From IMG/VR virus record IMGVR_UViG_3300022241_000068: a stretch of DNA of 64,000 bases, one strand, 5' to 3'. A program made the position numbers and the translations under genes. The notes under the pieces are model-generated. The model had not been told where the DNA came from, did no database searches, and worked only from the letters and a program-made list of their open reading frames with translations. Within the stretch, counting starts at the first letter, position 1. The number at the start of each line of letters is the position of its first letter. The DNA comes from an uncultured virus (IMG/VR IMGVR_UViG_3300022241_000068). Taxonomy: Duplodnaviria; Heunggongvirae; Uroviricota; Caudoviricetes. Shown piece by piece: positions 10,311 to 21,207 of the stretch.

Positions 10311-11375
10311 TCAAGAGTATTGCTTATTATTAAAATAGAATCTATCATTATGCCACACTATAGGTTGTACATGATATCCTCCTAATTCATCAATGGTTAC
10401 AATTGCAGATGCATTCTTCCAAGAAGCTTTCATTGCTTTAGTAGCATATCCAAAAGCAGGACTATCAACATCCCCTCCCCATCCTAAATTCCAAGCAGAA
10501 GTATTACCCTCACAATACATCTGTAATCTATGCGTATGAAAAAATAACATTGAAGTTCTAAATAAATCCATATTCTTTTTAGTAACATGGATAGAACAGT
10601 TTTCACCGTGCACTACTTCTAAATGTTTTCCTAAATAAGCTACAGCAGCTTTCCAGTCTTCTTGTACTATGTACCCTCTATCTTTCAAGCGTAAAGCCAC
10701 AGTAGGATTTACTAATGCATTACCATATTTAGAACTATCTATCTTGGCAACGTGTCTCCAAAAACGATCTTCATGATTACCATAAAGATAATGTTTGATT
10801 TGCCAATCATTACATCTATCTAATAAATCTAAAGACTTATTACCTTCTTCATATTCCCATCCTAATGTTACACCTTCTAATGGTTTCTTACCAACTTCAT
10901 GAGCAGAAACAGAATTCATATCCATATAATCCCCTGCTAAAACTAATCCAGTAGGTTTTATTTCTGAGTATAAATTCAATAATGCATTAAAGAACTTTGT
11001 ATTATGAAAAGGTACATGGGTACATCCCATAATAGCATATGTTCCAGGTGTAAAATCTCTATGAGATTGTTTGTCTGCTTTCCATGCTAAGAACTCTTGG
11101 AACTCTCTAGTCTCTACAATATTCTTTTGAGGCTTATAATAATTCTCAGATTCATCTTCTTCAACTATTTCCTCTTCAGTATTTGTATTTTCTAGTTCAT
11201 CTTTTATACAATTAGGTTCCCAAAGACCTTCTATTGAACCTGTTTTTATAAACCATCTCCAATAATCATTAGCTTGCTTATCATTCTTAAAACCATATTC
11301 TTCAGCATATTCTGCCCAAGATTTTGTTCTACCGTTGTAGAAAATTTCTTTAATTAATTCTGATCTCTTTGACAT
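10311..11375 (-). CDS. Calcineurin-like metallophosphoesterase
   Basis: GCTHVPF (DxH-like, with D replaced by C), AGDYMD, YGNHE, VVHG and FFHTHR (GHxH-like) motifs. Confidence 0.8.
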   Translation of the reverse strand: MSKRSELIKEIFYNGRTKSWAEYAEEYGFKNDKQANDYWRWFIKTGSIEGLWEPNCIKDELENTNTEEEIVEEDESENYYKPQKNIVETREFQEFLAWKADKQSHRDFTPGTYAIMGCTHVPFHNTKFFNALLNLYSEIKPTGLVLAGDYMDMNSVSAHEVGKKPLEGVTLGWEYEEGNKSLDLLDRCNDWQIKHYLYGNHEDRFWRHVAKIDSSKYGNALVNPTVALRLKDRGYIVQEDWKAAVAYLGKHLEVVHGENCSIHVTKKNMDLFRTSMLFFHTHRLQMYCEGNTSAWNLGWGGDVDSPAFGYATKAMKASWKNASAIVTIDELGGYHVQPIVWHNDRFYFNNKQYS

Positions 11376-11396
11376 AAAAGTTTAATTTTGTTGGTA

Positions 11397-11427
11397 CAAA
11401 ATTAAACAATAATATGTTACTAAACAA
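11397..11427 (-). promoter_or_regulatory. Bacteroidota sigma-A promoter
   Basis: Minus strand TTG-N20-TAATTTTG matches the TTTG/TAnnTTTG consensus; upstream of the phosphoesterase. Confidence 0.65.
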
Positions 11428-11441
11428 GCAATTAATTAAAT

Positions 11442-13124
11442 TTATGGTTTAGTATACGTTTTAATAAAGGTACAAACTTTACCACTATTAGTCTTAAATT
11501 CCACTTGATAACTTTCAGCACTACCTACATCTCCTACATTCAAGTTAGCAGGTGCATTAACATAAGTACCATTTATTCTCCTATATTGTATAGCAAATGA
11601 AGCATTATTTTTAACAGCTTCAAACTTTACACTATCTCCAGAATAAGTAGGCGTAATTGTTAATTCACTCTCTATTGTAGAACAAGGATCACCAGTAGTA
11701 CAAGTACAGTTATTAAATACCCAAGATTTAGCTTGAAGAATTATATTGGATAATTCACTATAAACAGAAGCTTTAAAATCTGGGGAAGTTTTAGTTCCAC
11801 ACTTTACCCTAATTACATACTTACAACTTCCACTTCCAGTAAGGTTTGTAGATTTTGTAATAGTATAAGTATTAGGAATAGTCAAGTTTGTAAACTGTGC
11901 AGCAATTTCTACTCCAGCATCAGAACAAGAATTCTCTTGGTTATATAAAATAATTACATCACATGTTCCAGCAGATATAGGATCAATAGTAGAAGTTTTA
12001 CCGCAAGCAGCTTGGCATTCTTCCATTGTACCATAAAATGCTCCAGAGCATGCTTCTGTAATTAGTTTGTAAGTACATCCAGTTCCTGAACAACAGTATC
12101 CATAAACTTTTTCAAGTTCTTCAGTGCTAGAACCTGTGGAACTACCCCCAGAAGAAGACCCCCCTGCCCCTGAAGAAGTACCTCCAGAACTTCCATTAGA
12201 AGGGGCAGAGAAGTTTGATAATTGATTACTTAGTTGCTGTACACTATTGCTAGTGGAGCTAACTTTATTCTCTACAGATGCAACAGTAGAACTTAATTTA
12301 GAAAGGTCAGATACAATAGGATGTACTTTCCCTTGTGCAATATTTTCTGCTGTTGGAGCAACTGTTAACTTGTTTATTTCTTCTTTTAAAGATACGACCT
12401 CTGCATATAACTTATTGAAAGCTGACACTATGTCAGTACCTGGAGGTACATTTATAGAACCAGACACATTGACATTAGTAAGTTTATTAACTTTATTTTT
12501 TAAAGATAAAATACTATTGTCAAATATGTTATTTACTTCAGTCTGTGTTTTTGGAGAATTATTACCTACTTTCCTTACTAGAAAAGTATCTGTAATATCA
12601 CTACCCTCTGGAATTAAAGGAACAGATATTTTATATATATGCTCACCTTGTGTAGTTAAGACTATAAATTCTGCAAATAGAGTAGCTGGAAAATTATTTG
12701 GAAGAAGAGTAAATCCTCCATTTAATTCTTCACTAGAAACTATCATTGATTTATAACCATTATTAACTCCTTCCACATAAACTTTAGAAACTAAAACGTT
12801 TTCTTTAGGAAGATTTTTAGTAGCATATGTAACTAATACATTGCTACTACCAGGTTTGGTAATGACATTAATGCTAACATCAGATGCTTCCAAGTCTAAT
12901 AAACTAACAGATTTAATACTGTTAGTATTTAAAGTAGTATCCGTATTATTTACAGCATTAGCAACAGGTTTGCTACTATTTTTAATAGCAGAAACTTCTG
13001 TTATTAATTTGTCTAATACAGTAGACAAAGAAGTATCTTTTTGAATATTCAAGTCAGAGTTACTCTGACCAGTATATTTTACATACTGGTCAGAATATTT
13101 TTCTCCAAATAAACGGGTATCCAT
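11442..13124 (-). CDS. Structural protein with coiled coil, GS linker and Cys-rich C-terminus
   Basis: Heptad segment, GSSGG linker, 'GYCC....C...C.G.FY...EC..AC'. Confidence 0.55.
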   Translation of the reverse strand: MDTRLFGEKYSDQYVKYTGQSNSDLNIQKDTSLSTVLDKLITEVSAIKNSSKPVANAVNNTDTTLNTNSIKSVSLLDLEASDVSINVITKPGSSNVLVTYATKNLPKENVLVSKVYVEGVNNGYKSMIVSSEELNGGFTLLPNNFPATLFAEFIVLTTQGEHIYKISVPLIPEGSDITDTFLVRKVGNNSPKTQTEVNNIFDNSILSLKNKVNKLTNVNVSGSINVPPGTDIVSAFNKLYAEVVSLKEEINKLTVAPTAENIAQGKVHPIVSDLSKLSSTVASVENKVSSTSNSVQQLSNQLSNFSAPSNGSSGGTSSGAGGSSSGGSSTGSSTEELEKVYGYCCSGTGCTYKLITEACSGAFYGTMEECQAACGKTSTIDPISAGTCDVIILYNQENSCSDAGVEIAAQFTNLTIPNTYTITKSTNLTGSGSCKYVIRVKCGTKTSPDFKASVYSELSNIILQAKSWVFNNCTCTTGDPCSTIESELTITPTYSGDSVKFEAVKNNASFAIQYRRINGTYVNAPANLNVGDVGSAESYQVEFKTNSGKVCTFIKTYTKP

Positions 13125-13129
13125 GTTTA

Positions 13130-16100
13130 TTAAATCGTAAAGTTAAGTAATGTTTTGAAACATTTATCTTGGCAAGCTGGATCTGCAGGATTACTAAATA
13201 CAGCCATGAAACACATTGTTCCATCTGGATCTGTATCTATAGTATCTATACATGCAATTCCTCCACTAGCTGCAATAGAGCCTGATCCTACTGAAGTATA
13301 ACCAGTGGTATTACAATTTATACCATCAGGACAAGCAGAAACTATTGTACTAGCTTTTCTCCAAACTTCGTAATCTAATGGAATAGCAGAGTTATTTATT
13401 AATTTAACTTTTGCATAACCAGTATTAGGATCTCCAGCACAATCAATTTCACCTCTATGGTAAGCTTCTACATCAGTAATACATTCTACTGCACTACAAT
13501 CTGGGGAGTTTAATGTGATACAAGTTGTTTCACAAATTCCAGAAGTGATTACTACAGAGTATTGATCACCAGGTGATTGTTGATTTACAGCAGGGATTGG
13601 AATTTCAACAGCTCCAGAACCTATTGCAGCATCAATAAATAACAATCCAGTTCCATCACAATCTCCTCCTTCATATACTTTAAGATTGTATACTCCAGGA
13701 TATTGACCACCTGTTACAGAGTTTATTACTAATTTATGAGAAGTACCATTACATACAATACCTTGAGTATCAAGATTGATAGGCACAAGACAAGTACATG
13801 CAACATTCACTTCTACAAAATCTGTACAACCTCTAGCATCAGTAACTTCAAATTTCCACAATCCATCTGGTAAATCACTTACTTCATATTCATCATTTAA
13901 AGCAACTGTAGTACCATATAAAATATGTCCACTTGAACTATCTCCTAATGCTGCAAAGTTTTCAGTAGAAACAATAACACCATTTCTATATGACTTTACA
14001 CTATATGGAGAATTAGCATTATTAATCCAAAGTTTAGTTTGAACATTTGGAGCACAATCAGAATTGTTAGAAGGGTATGGTCTTGAAGCGTTGATATCTG
14101 CAGGATTTAATGAACAAGCTAAACCTTTTTGTAAAACAATAGTAGTAGTTCCTGTACAACCATTAGCATCTGTTGCCTTGATAGTATAAGTTCCATCTGA
14201 TAAATCATTAACATTAAATACTAAAGGATATGTAGCAACTCCAGTTTGTTCTCTAACGGTAACATTTGACGGATTTATTAATTCTACATCATAAGGAGAA
14301 AGTCCATTTCCTAAGATAGCAGTAACGTTAACTTTTTCTGTACCTATAGTACTGTCATAAGTAGCTGCAATAGAAATTGTAACTGCAGGACAATTATCAA
14401 CTTCCATGTTTACAGGACCTGCTGTACATCCATAATTGTCTACAGATTTTACAGCATAGATTCCATTTGCTAAAGGATTGTTAAATACTTCAGAAGATGT
14501 TCCTGTATGAACTAAAACATCATCCACATAATATTTGTAAACATTTCCACTAGCTCCTGGTAATACACTAACTGTAATATTTTCTGTAGTAGGATTAAAG
14601 ATAGGGTTAATCAAATCTGTACCACCACTAGTACAACAGTTAATAGTAACTGGAGTTTCATTTACACAAGAAGAACAAGTTGTTTTCACTACATATAAAG
14701 TATTAGGGATCATTCCAGCAATTGTAGCAATTCCATTTACATTAGTAGTAGTTGTAGCTATTGGACTTCCAGATACTTCTGATAAGTATAGTTCTACAGT
14801 ACATCCTGCAATTGGAGCATCACCTCCTGTAGCAACACTCATAATAAGAGTATCACAGTCGTAAGTTACTTCTACAGGTATTCCAGGAGTAAGTGTTCTT
14901 GAATATTTACAATTAGGATCTTGAGAACTTTCCAAAGTAACCTTAGTTAATGGAGTACTAGATGTAAAAGTGTAACCAATAACTTCAGAACCTAGATTAT
15001 ATTTAAATTCTCTGTTATCTACAACACCACTTGCATCATAAAGTTTCAATATCCATTTAACTTGAGAACTTACTGGACATTTTGTACAAGAAGGATTTAA
15101 CAAACCATTTAAAGGGCAGTTGTTAAAAATATCTGTCAATGTAAATTTAGTTCCACAATTTGTAATTGTATAATCAAACTTATCCATATTGTAATCTCCA
15201 GTTAATTCTGTAGGACAAACTAAAGCTTGTAATGGTAAAGTGTCAGATACACAACCACAATCTGTTTTAGCACTATAGTAATATCCAGAACAGAAACCTT
15301 CTGTACAATCTGAAATATAATTAAACCAAGTTGTACCTCCATCATTAGCATAAACTTCATGTACCTTTTCAGAAACATTATTTATACTAGTTCCTCTATA
15401 CCATGTAAATAATGGAGCTCTACAATCTTTAGATTTAATAAATCCAGATTCATTTAATCCTACATTTAATTTATCATATTGTTTAAATGTAAGAGTATTG
15501 TTATTAGCTCTGTAAGTACACTGGTTAGGTAATTCAATATTTGTTTTCTGAGTAAAGTGGAAAGAATAACTTAACACTTTAGGATCATATCCTTTACTTG
15601 GTAAAGTAAATGTAAAAGTTAATTTATTGGTTGCACCATTAAAAGAACCTGTACTTGAAGTAGATCCTGAATATTGAACACCATCTATAATATAATAGTA
15701 TTTAGCCTCACCTTTGATTGTTCCAAATAAAGGAAAATCAATAGCATCAAGAGGTAAACCACCTTTATATAATGTAGCAGTAAAAACATAATCTTTAGCT
15801 GGTACTTGTAAGATAGTAGAAGTAGTAGTTCTGATTTCAGTAAGTTCAGTTTTAACTTCTAACTCTGCACAATTACAACATTGAGCTTTGGACAATGATG
15901 CTTTTAATGTACACTCTTCTTTAGTAAGAGCAAATGTTTGAGAACAAGTTTTTTCTAAACCTTCACATTTACCACCTACACAATTACAGTCTTCAGAATT
16001 AAAACATTCATTACAAGCAAATGAACTACAAGAAACGCAATTACCTTCATAACAAGTACATCCAGGACCACAATCTGCAGATGAAGTACATACTCCATTA

Positions 16101-17347
16101 CATTTAGGAACTGCTACGCACTTATCATTAGTACACTTGCAACCCAAAGTAGAAGCACATTCATCACATGAAAGTTTATCACAAGATACACAATTACCAT
16201 CTTTACATCCACAACCCTGACCACAATCAGAACCATTTTCACAAGGACCTGAACAAGGATCTCCTTGACAAGTACTTCCATAACATTTACAACCATCTAC
16301 ATTTGCGCAATCTTCATTAGCACAATTAAGAGAATCACAAGGTATACAAGTATTATCTTTGCATCCACAATTAGGTCCACAATCTGCTCCAGATAAGCAA
16401 GGTTTATTACAAGGGTTAGGAACACAATTTCCACCATTGCAATAGCAACCTTCTCCACATTGGGAACTGTCACTACAAGTTCCTTCACATTTAGAACATA
16501 TACAAGTTGTAGAATTATATCTTACACAAGAAGATGTCCTATCACATGTAGGATTATTACAATCACAAATCTCTACACACTTATCATTGATACAAATAGT
16601 TCCATCAGGACATACTCTAGGTTGGCAACCTCCTGCAACACATATATCACAAGTGTTACAATCAGTATCTAAAATACAATCAGGTTTAGGAACACAAGTG
16701 TTCAATGCAATGTTATAAATATAACCTTCACAACAATCACAAGTAACACCTTTGCAACAATTTCTACCATCACTTCTACCTTGGCAATGACCAGAATTTA
16801 AACATTCTACGCAATCTCCAGTAGCAGGATCACAAGATGCATCACATGCTTTTCCTACACAAGTACCTTGTAAACATACTTCACATTTACCACATTGTGC
16901 ACCAGAAAGACATTCAACGCATTCACCTCTTTCATTTATAAAGTTTTTACCAGCTGGACATTGACATGTACCATCTTTACAAACTTTACCTAAAATACAA
17001 TCAGTGTTATAAATACATTCTACACAATCTCCGTTATTACAAAGACCATCACATATTTTAACACAAACACCATTCTCACACTTCTCACATTGATCACAAT
17101 CTGCAGAAGTATCACAAGGGCAGATGGTGAAAGGTTTAGGAGGACACTTTCCACAATCCTCACAAATAATTTCACCAGTTACGCATCCATTAACACCATC
17201 AGGAATAGTGATAGTTATACAACCATCTCCATTCTCTGGACAGGGAACAGCTTGTCCTTCCCCAGTTATAAAAATCACTTTAGGATTTTTACAGGAAGTA
17301 GAACCATCCATTGGATTTTTTACACAATAAACATACTCTTTAATCAT
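13130..17347 (-). CDS. Large Cys-rich fibre/adhesin-like protein (EGF/EB-like Cys repeats plus SprB/Ig-like repeats)
   Basis: The first ~490 aa are dense C-x(n)-C repeats (C..CG.GC.C..G.CV). C-terminal 'GTYTIKATDANGCT', 'FEVTDARGCT' and 'KSVDNYGCT' repeats. Confidence 0.65.
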   Translation of the reverse strand: MIKEYVYCVKNPMDGSTSCKNPKVIFITGEGQAVPCPENGDGCITITIPDGVNGCVTGEIICEDCGKCPPKPFTICPCDTSADCDQCEKCENGVCVKICDGLCNNGDCVECIYNTDCILGKVCKDGTCQCPAGKNFINERGECVECLSGAQCGKCEVCLQGTCVGKACDASCDPATGDCVECLNSGHCQGRSDGRNCCKGVTCDCCEGYIYNIALNTCVPKPDCILDTDCNTCDICVAGGCQPRVCPDGTICINDKCVEICDCNNPTCDRTSSCVRYNSTTCICSKCEGTCSDSSQCGEGCYCNGGNCVPNPCNKPCLSGADCGPNCGCKDNTCIPCDSLNCANEDCANVDGCKCYGSTCQGDPCSGPCENGSDCGQGCGCKDGNCVSCDKLSCDECASTLGCKCTNDKCVAVPKCNGVCTSSADCGPGCTCYEGNCVSCSSFACNECFNSEDCNCVGGKCEGLEKTCSQTFALTKEECTLKASLSKAQCCNCAELEVKTELTEIRTTTSTILQVPAKDYVFTATLYKGGLPLDAIDFPLFGTIKGEAKYYYIIDGVQYSGSTSSTGSFNGATNKLTFTFTLPSKGYDPKVLSYSFHFTQKTNIELPNQCTYRANNNTLTFKQYDKLNVGLNESGFIKSKDCRAPLFTWYRGTSINNVSEKVHEVYANDGGTTWFNYISDCTEGFCSGYYYSAKTDCGCVSDTLPLQALVCPTELTGDYNMDKFDYTITNCGTKFTLTDIFNNCPLNGLLNPSCTKCPVSSQVKWILKLYDASGVVDNREFKYNLGSEVIGYTFTSSTPLTKVTLESSQDPNCKYSRTLTPGIPVEVTYDCDTLIMSVATGGDAPIAGCTVELYLSEVSGSPIATTTTNVNGIATIAGMIPNTLYVVKTTCSSCVNETPVTINCCTSGGTDLINPIFNPTTENITVSVLPGASGNVYKYYVDDVLVHTGTSSEVFNNPLANGIYAVKSVDNYGCTAGPVNMEVDNCPAVTISIAATYDSTIGTEKVNVTAILGNGLSPYDVELINPSNVTVREQTGVATYPLVFNVNDLSDGTYTIKATDANGCTGTTTIVLQKGLACSLNPADINASRPYPSNNSDCAPNVQTKLWINNANSPYSVKSYRNGVIVSTENFAALGDSSSGHILYGTTVALNDEYEVSDLPDGLWKFEVTDARGCTDFVEVNVACTCLVPINLDTQGIVCNGTSHKLVINSVTGGQYPGVYNLKVYEGGDCDGTGLLFIDAAIGSGAVEIPIPAVNQQSPGDQYSVVITSGICETTCITLNSPDCSAVECITDVEAYHRGEIDCAGDPNTGYAKVKLINNSAIPLDYEVWRKASTIVSACPDGINCNTTGYTSVGSGSIAASGGIACIDTIDTDPDGTMCFMAVFSNPADPACQDKCFKTLLNFTI

Positions 17348-17357
17348 CTTTTTTAAT

Positions 17358-18191
17358 TTAATACTCTCTTATAAATTTTTGAACATTTGGTTTATCAATT
17401 AGGAATTCACAACTAACATCATATAATATATTTTTAAATTTGAAATCGCATAAATTATGTGAACTATTCTTGCTTTTTATTATTGGACAATTTCCATCTA
17501 TGTCAAATTTCAAACCGCAAGAATATGCTTCAGCAATAAGATTATGTTTCACATTACATTTATTTACTAACTTGTTATATAGTTTATAATTTAAATCACA
17601 TGAAGGAATATCTTTCACAAGTTTGTCAAATTGTAATTTACATTCTTTACTAGAAACAACATTCTTCTCAAATTTTACTTCACATTGTTTTGAATATACA
17701 GAAAGTCCAGCAATTAAATCACAACTAATATTTTTACTATATATATCAAAAACAAAATCACAACCTTTTTTAATTTCAATTTCTAAAGAAAGATCTCCAC
17801 AAACTTTATAAACCATTTCTTCCCATCTCTCTCTTGAAATGCAATATGGATTTTCAGTATTCCAAGATTGTTGATTAGATTTATCTATTATTAAATCTTT
17901 TCTATCTAAGTAATTACAATCTACAATTCTAGTTAAATCTTCTTTAATAAAATTTATATCAGATAAACATAAACAGTTTGTAAACTTATTACTATTTTCT
18001 AATACCCATTTCTGTAAAGAGATTTTGCTTATTAAAAAATCTGGATCATTTTTACAAACAAAACCATATTTTAATTCATTTATTTTACAATTACTTAATT
18101 CAGTAATTTTTAATTTAGCTTTATAAATTAAATCTCTAACATCAATGTTAGTACATATATCTTTACAACATTTATTGCAACATTCTCTCAT
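17358..18191 (-). CDS. Cys/Lys-rich hypothetical virion-module protein
   Basis: 277-aa ORF tightly packed in the operon. Confidence 0.6.
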   Translation of the reverse strand: MRECCNKCCKDICTNIDVRDLIYKAKLKITELSNCKINELKYGFVCKNDPDFLISKISLQKWVLENSNKFTNCLCLSDINFIKEDLTRIVDCNYLDRKDLIIDKSNQQSWNTENPYCISRERWEEMVYKVCGDLSLEIEIKKGCDFVFDIYSKNISCDLIAGLSVYSKQCEVKFEKNVVSSKECKLQFDKLVKDIPSCDLNYKLYNKLVNKCNVKHNLIAEAYSCGLKFDIDGNCPIIKSKNSSHNLCDFKFKNILYDVSCEFLIDKPNVQKFIREY

Positions 18192-18193
18192 CG

Positions 18194-19552
18194 TTATTTA
18201 TTTACAATAGTATCTGTCACATCTACAGCATAATTGCCATTTATGTAGCCATTATTAATGTTGTATGTTATATTACAAGAATCTGGAGTGGAACTATTGT
18301 TAAATATATCGCCATTATTTATATTATAACTTATATACCCAAGATTAGCATTTCCGTTAATAATCCCATTGTTATTATTATATGTTATATATCCATCTCC
18401 AGGTGTACCATTTCCGTTAGTATTTGCGGATATGGTGCCAGAATTACCGTTAAAATTTATGAATCCGTTATTATTATTATTGTCTATAGAGCCTTTATTA
18501 CTGTTAAAGGTTATGCTAGTGACTCCAAGAGATGTATTTGAATCATACATGTTTGCTAATATAGAGCCTTTATTACTATTGTTAGTTATAGAACCGCCAA
18601 GAACATTAAGCCCTATATCTCCTTCGCACGTATTGTATTCTATTACACCTCCTATGCAATTTTCATATATTGCTCCATTTATTAAATGGTTCCATACAAT
18701 AGACGCATGATCTTCAATAGACCCGTTAGTAGGGTTATTCCAAACCCCTATACAAAAGTTATCGCTAAAATAATGAGCACCCCCAATAAACCCCCAATTC
18801 CAATCTGAAATATCAACAGGATTGAAATTAAATGGCTTATCATTATCAAATTCTATTCCAAATTTATTGTTCTTCTCATCCCACTGTGATGATATCCAAT
18901 CATTCTCAAAATCATAATAAACACCAAATAATTTTGGAACATACTCATGATTTGTAAAAGTGGCTTTGGGTATAACTTCCCATTCGGCAGATAAGGTAAT
19001 ATCATCTACTTTAAATCCTATATTATTTTCAGCAATACAAAATCCACCAACACACTCAAATCCAGGTCCACATGGGTTTTCTATGTCGCAAACACTGCCA
19101 TCAACGGGATACGCAACTCTTCTCCATACCAAACCACCCCATATCACTAAATCACCTTCGTTTATTATAGTAGAGTTTTGTGTAAAATACTCTGCATTAT
19201 AAACACCTAACCAAGTATTTCCAAAAGAATCTGGAAAACCAGGCGTGGTAAGGCTATTATATCCTAATTCATTATGCCCTGCTGGCATTAGCATCTTTCT
19301 TACACCTTCAGGGTTTAACTCTGTATTAGAAATTGCTTCAAACCATAATCCTAAATCACCTCTATCTGTTATTTTATATGTTGCTCCTTTTATTAATTCA
19401 CCATTAGTAGCTAATAGTTCAATTTCAGTTCTTGTTACTTCATAGTAACAACAACCATTCTCTACGCTACCATTAGCGCAACAACATTTTCTGTTTAACT
19501 TCTTAAGTAATGTCTGTTGATCTTTGAGATCAGATAATGTTATTAATCCCAT
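18194..19552 (-). CDS. Fibre/spike-like protein with Asn-rich beta-helix repeats
   Basis: 'LIKGATYKITD' N-terminal motif, one EGF-like Cys insert, C-terminal 11-aa N-x-N-N-G-x-I repeats. Confidence 0.6.
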   Translation of the reverse strand: MGLITLSDLKDQQTLLKKLNRKCCCANGSVENGCCYYEVTRTEIELLATNGELIKGATYKITDRGDLGLWFEAISNTELNPEGVRKMLMPAGHNELGYNSLTTPGFPDSFGNTWLGVYNAEYFTQNSTIINEGDLVIWGGLVWRRVAYPVDGSVCDIENPCGPGFECVGGFCIAENNIGFKVDDITLSAEWEVIPKATFTNHEYVPKLFGVYYDFENDWISSQWDEKNNKFGIEFDNDKPFNFNPVDISDWNWGFIGGAHYFSDNFCIGVWNNPTNGSIEDHASIVWNHLINGAIYENCIGGVIEYNTCEGDIGLNVLGGSITNNSNKGSILANMYDSNTSLGVTSITFNSNKGSIDNNNNNGFINFNGNSGTISANTNGNGTPGDGYITYNNNNGIINGNANLGYISYNINNGDIFNNSSTPDSCNITYNINNGYINGNYAVDVTDTIVNK

Positions 19553-19894
19553 TTAAGGCTTGTTTAAAACAGATCTTAATATCCATCCATCTTCAGTATG
19601 ATATGAACAAAAGATTACTGCATCATTTAAAAATAATATTCCTTTTTCATCAGCGCAAGCTGGTAAAGGAAATCTATCATTAAGGTTTAATTCTTCTTGT
19701 GTCAAGTTTTGAGTATTACCATTCTCGTCTATGTAATAGTAAGATATGGTTGCTTCTCTATAATGAGGTTGTACTTTACACTCACATGAGCATGGAGAAT
19801 TTTTTTCTAATGCAATTATTCTTTTTAACAAATCTGCTATGTCTAACACAATTTGTCTAATTGCATCTTGTAATCTTTTAATTTCTTCCCACAT
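19553..19894 (-). CDS. Hypothetical protein (N-terminal coiled coil)
   Basis: 113-aa ORF abutting both neighbours. Confidence 0.55.
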   Translation of the reverse strand: MWEEIKRLQDAIRQIVLDIADLLKRIIALEKNSPCSCECKVQPHYREATISYYYIDENGNTQNLTQEELNLNDRFPLPACADEKGILFLNDAVIFCSYHTEDGWILRSVLNKP

Positions 19895-21202
19895 TTATTT
19901 AATATATTTTCTATCTGTTAATTTTTCTCCACACCACTTATCGTTATATCTTCCTTTAAGTGCTATGAACTGTCCAGAGATAATTGGTATATGAGGATTT
20001 TCCCACCAGTACTCAACTAATCTTCTAATCTGGAATGCACCTTTATACTGAGGTCTAATAAATCTTGCAAAGTTTTCATTAGTATAATAACTAAAACTAT
20101 GCATGTTATAAAACTTTTTATGAGTAGGATCTGCAATTGCACCTCCTCCATCTATACAATTCATTGAAGGAACTTCAAATATTAAAAATCCACCAGGAGC
20201 TAATACTCTATAAGCTTCATTAAAAAAGTGAATAGGGTTTTCCAAATGCTCTAATAAATGATAAGCTCTAATTACACCTACACTATTTTCTGCAAAAGAC
20301 CATTGCTTTTCAAGATCCATTATATAATCAGCATCAAGAAGATCTACAGAGGAATATCCTTTAGGACAATTAAACCTTCCACCTAAATCTATAGTTAAAA
20401 GATTATTATCTTTTGACCACTTTAAATACATCTCTTCTGAATGCTTTACATAATTCTTATCTACTTGGGTTTGAATATCAGCATTTCTACCATTCTTTCC
20501 ACAAGTATTATTATCATGAACTCTATAAAGATATATGCATTCGTTTAAATGCTTAAAACCCTTCTCACCATATTCTTTATAAAATCTACATACTAAATCA
20601 TGATCATCCCCAACTTCTATAGATTTGTCATAACCTCCTATGTAATTATAAGCATCTTTTTTAAAAGCTCTAATATGGTTTGCAGCCCATTCTATTCTTG
20701 CATGATATTGAGGAGTATTTGGAAATCCAATTAATTCTGATAACTCAGTCTGTAATTGATTAGAATAATAAGGTCTTGTTTTCCACCCAAAATAAGCAGA
20801 ATATATAGGACTTGTTATATTACCATTTTCAATTTTAAACTGAGCGCTGTTACTATATACAAATACAGTATCAGAATTTTCAAATTCTTTTGATAACTTT
20901 TCAATAGCATCTTCAGTGAGCATGTCATCATAATCTAATTCTGCACAAATACCTTCAGTAATTAAATCACAACAAATACCTTTTAGAGTTCCTATGTTAT
21001 TAGTTACATTTGTAGAATGAATCTTTATCCATTCTAAATTAAATCCATTATTTTTTAAATATTCTTTTTGATTAGCAGCTTCTCCATTTAAAAGAATTAA
21101 CCATTCAAAATTTTTATTAGTTTGATTTTTTAAACTTATTAAACAATCATTTAACCAATCATTTATTTTATGTACAGGAGTATATAAAGTTATTTTATTC
21201 AT
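19895..21202 (-). CDS. GT2 glycosyltransferase fused to a SAM-dependent methyltransferase-like domain
   Basis: 'YTPVH...CLISLKNQT..NFEW', 'ELDYDD' (DxD), 'GDDHDL', 'LYRVH'; C-terminal 'IDLGG', 'HLLEHL', 'YRVLAPGG'. Confidence 0.85.
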   Translation of the reverse strand: MNKITLYTPVHKINDWLNDCLISLKNQTNKNFEWLILLNGEAANQKEYLKNNGFNLEWIKIHSTNVTNNIGTLKGICCDLITEGICAELDYDDMLTEDAIEKLSKEFENSDTVFVYSNSAQFKIENGNITSPIYSAYFGWKTRPYYSNQLQTELSELIGFPNTPQYHARIEWAANHIRAFKKDAYNYIGGYDKSIEVGDDHDLVCRFYKEYGEKGFKHLNECIYLYRVHDNNTCGKNGRNADIQTQVDKNYVKHSEEMYLKWSKDNNLLTIDLGGRFNCPKGYSSVDLLDADYIMDLEKQWSFAENSVGVIRAYHLLEHLENPIHFFNEAYRVLAPGGFLIFEVPSMNCIDGGGAIADPTHKKFYNMHSFSYYTNENFARFIRPQYKGAFQIRRLVEYWWENPHIPIISGQFIALKGRYNDKWCGEKLTDRKYIK

Positions 21203-21207
21203 ATTTA

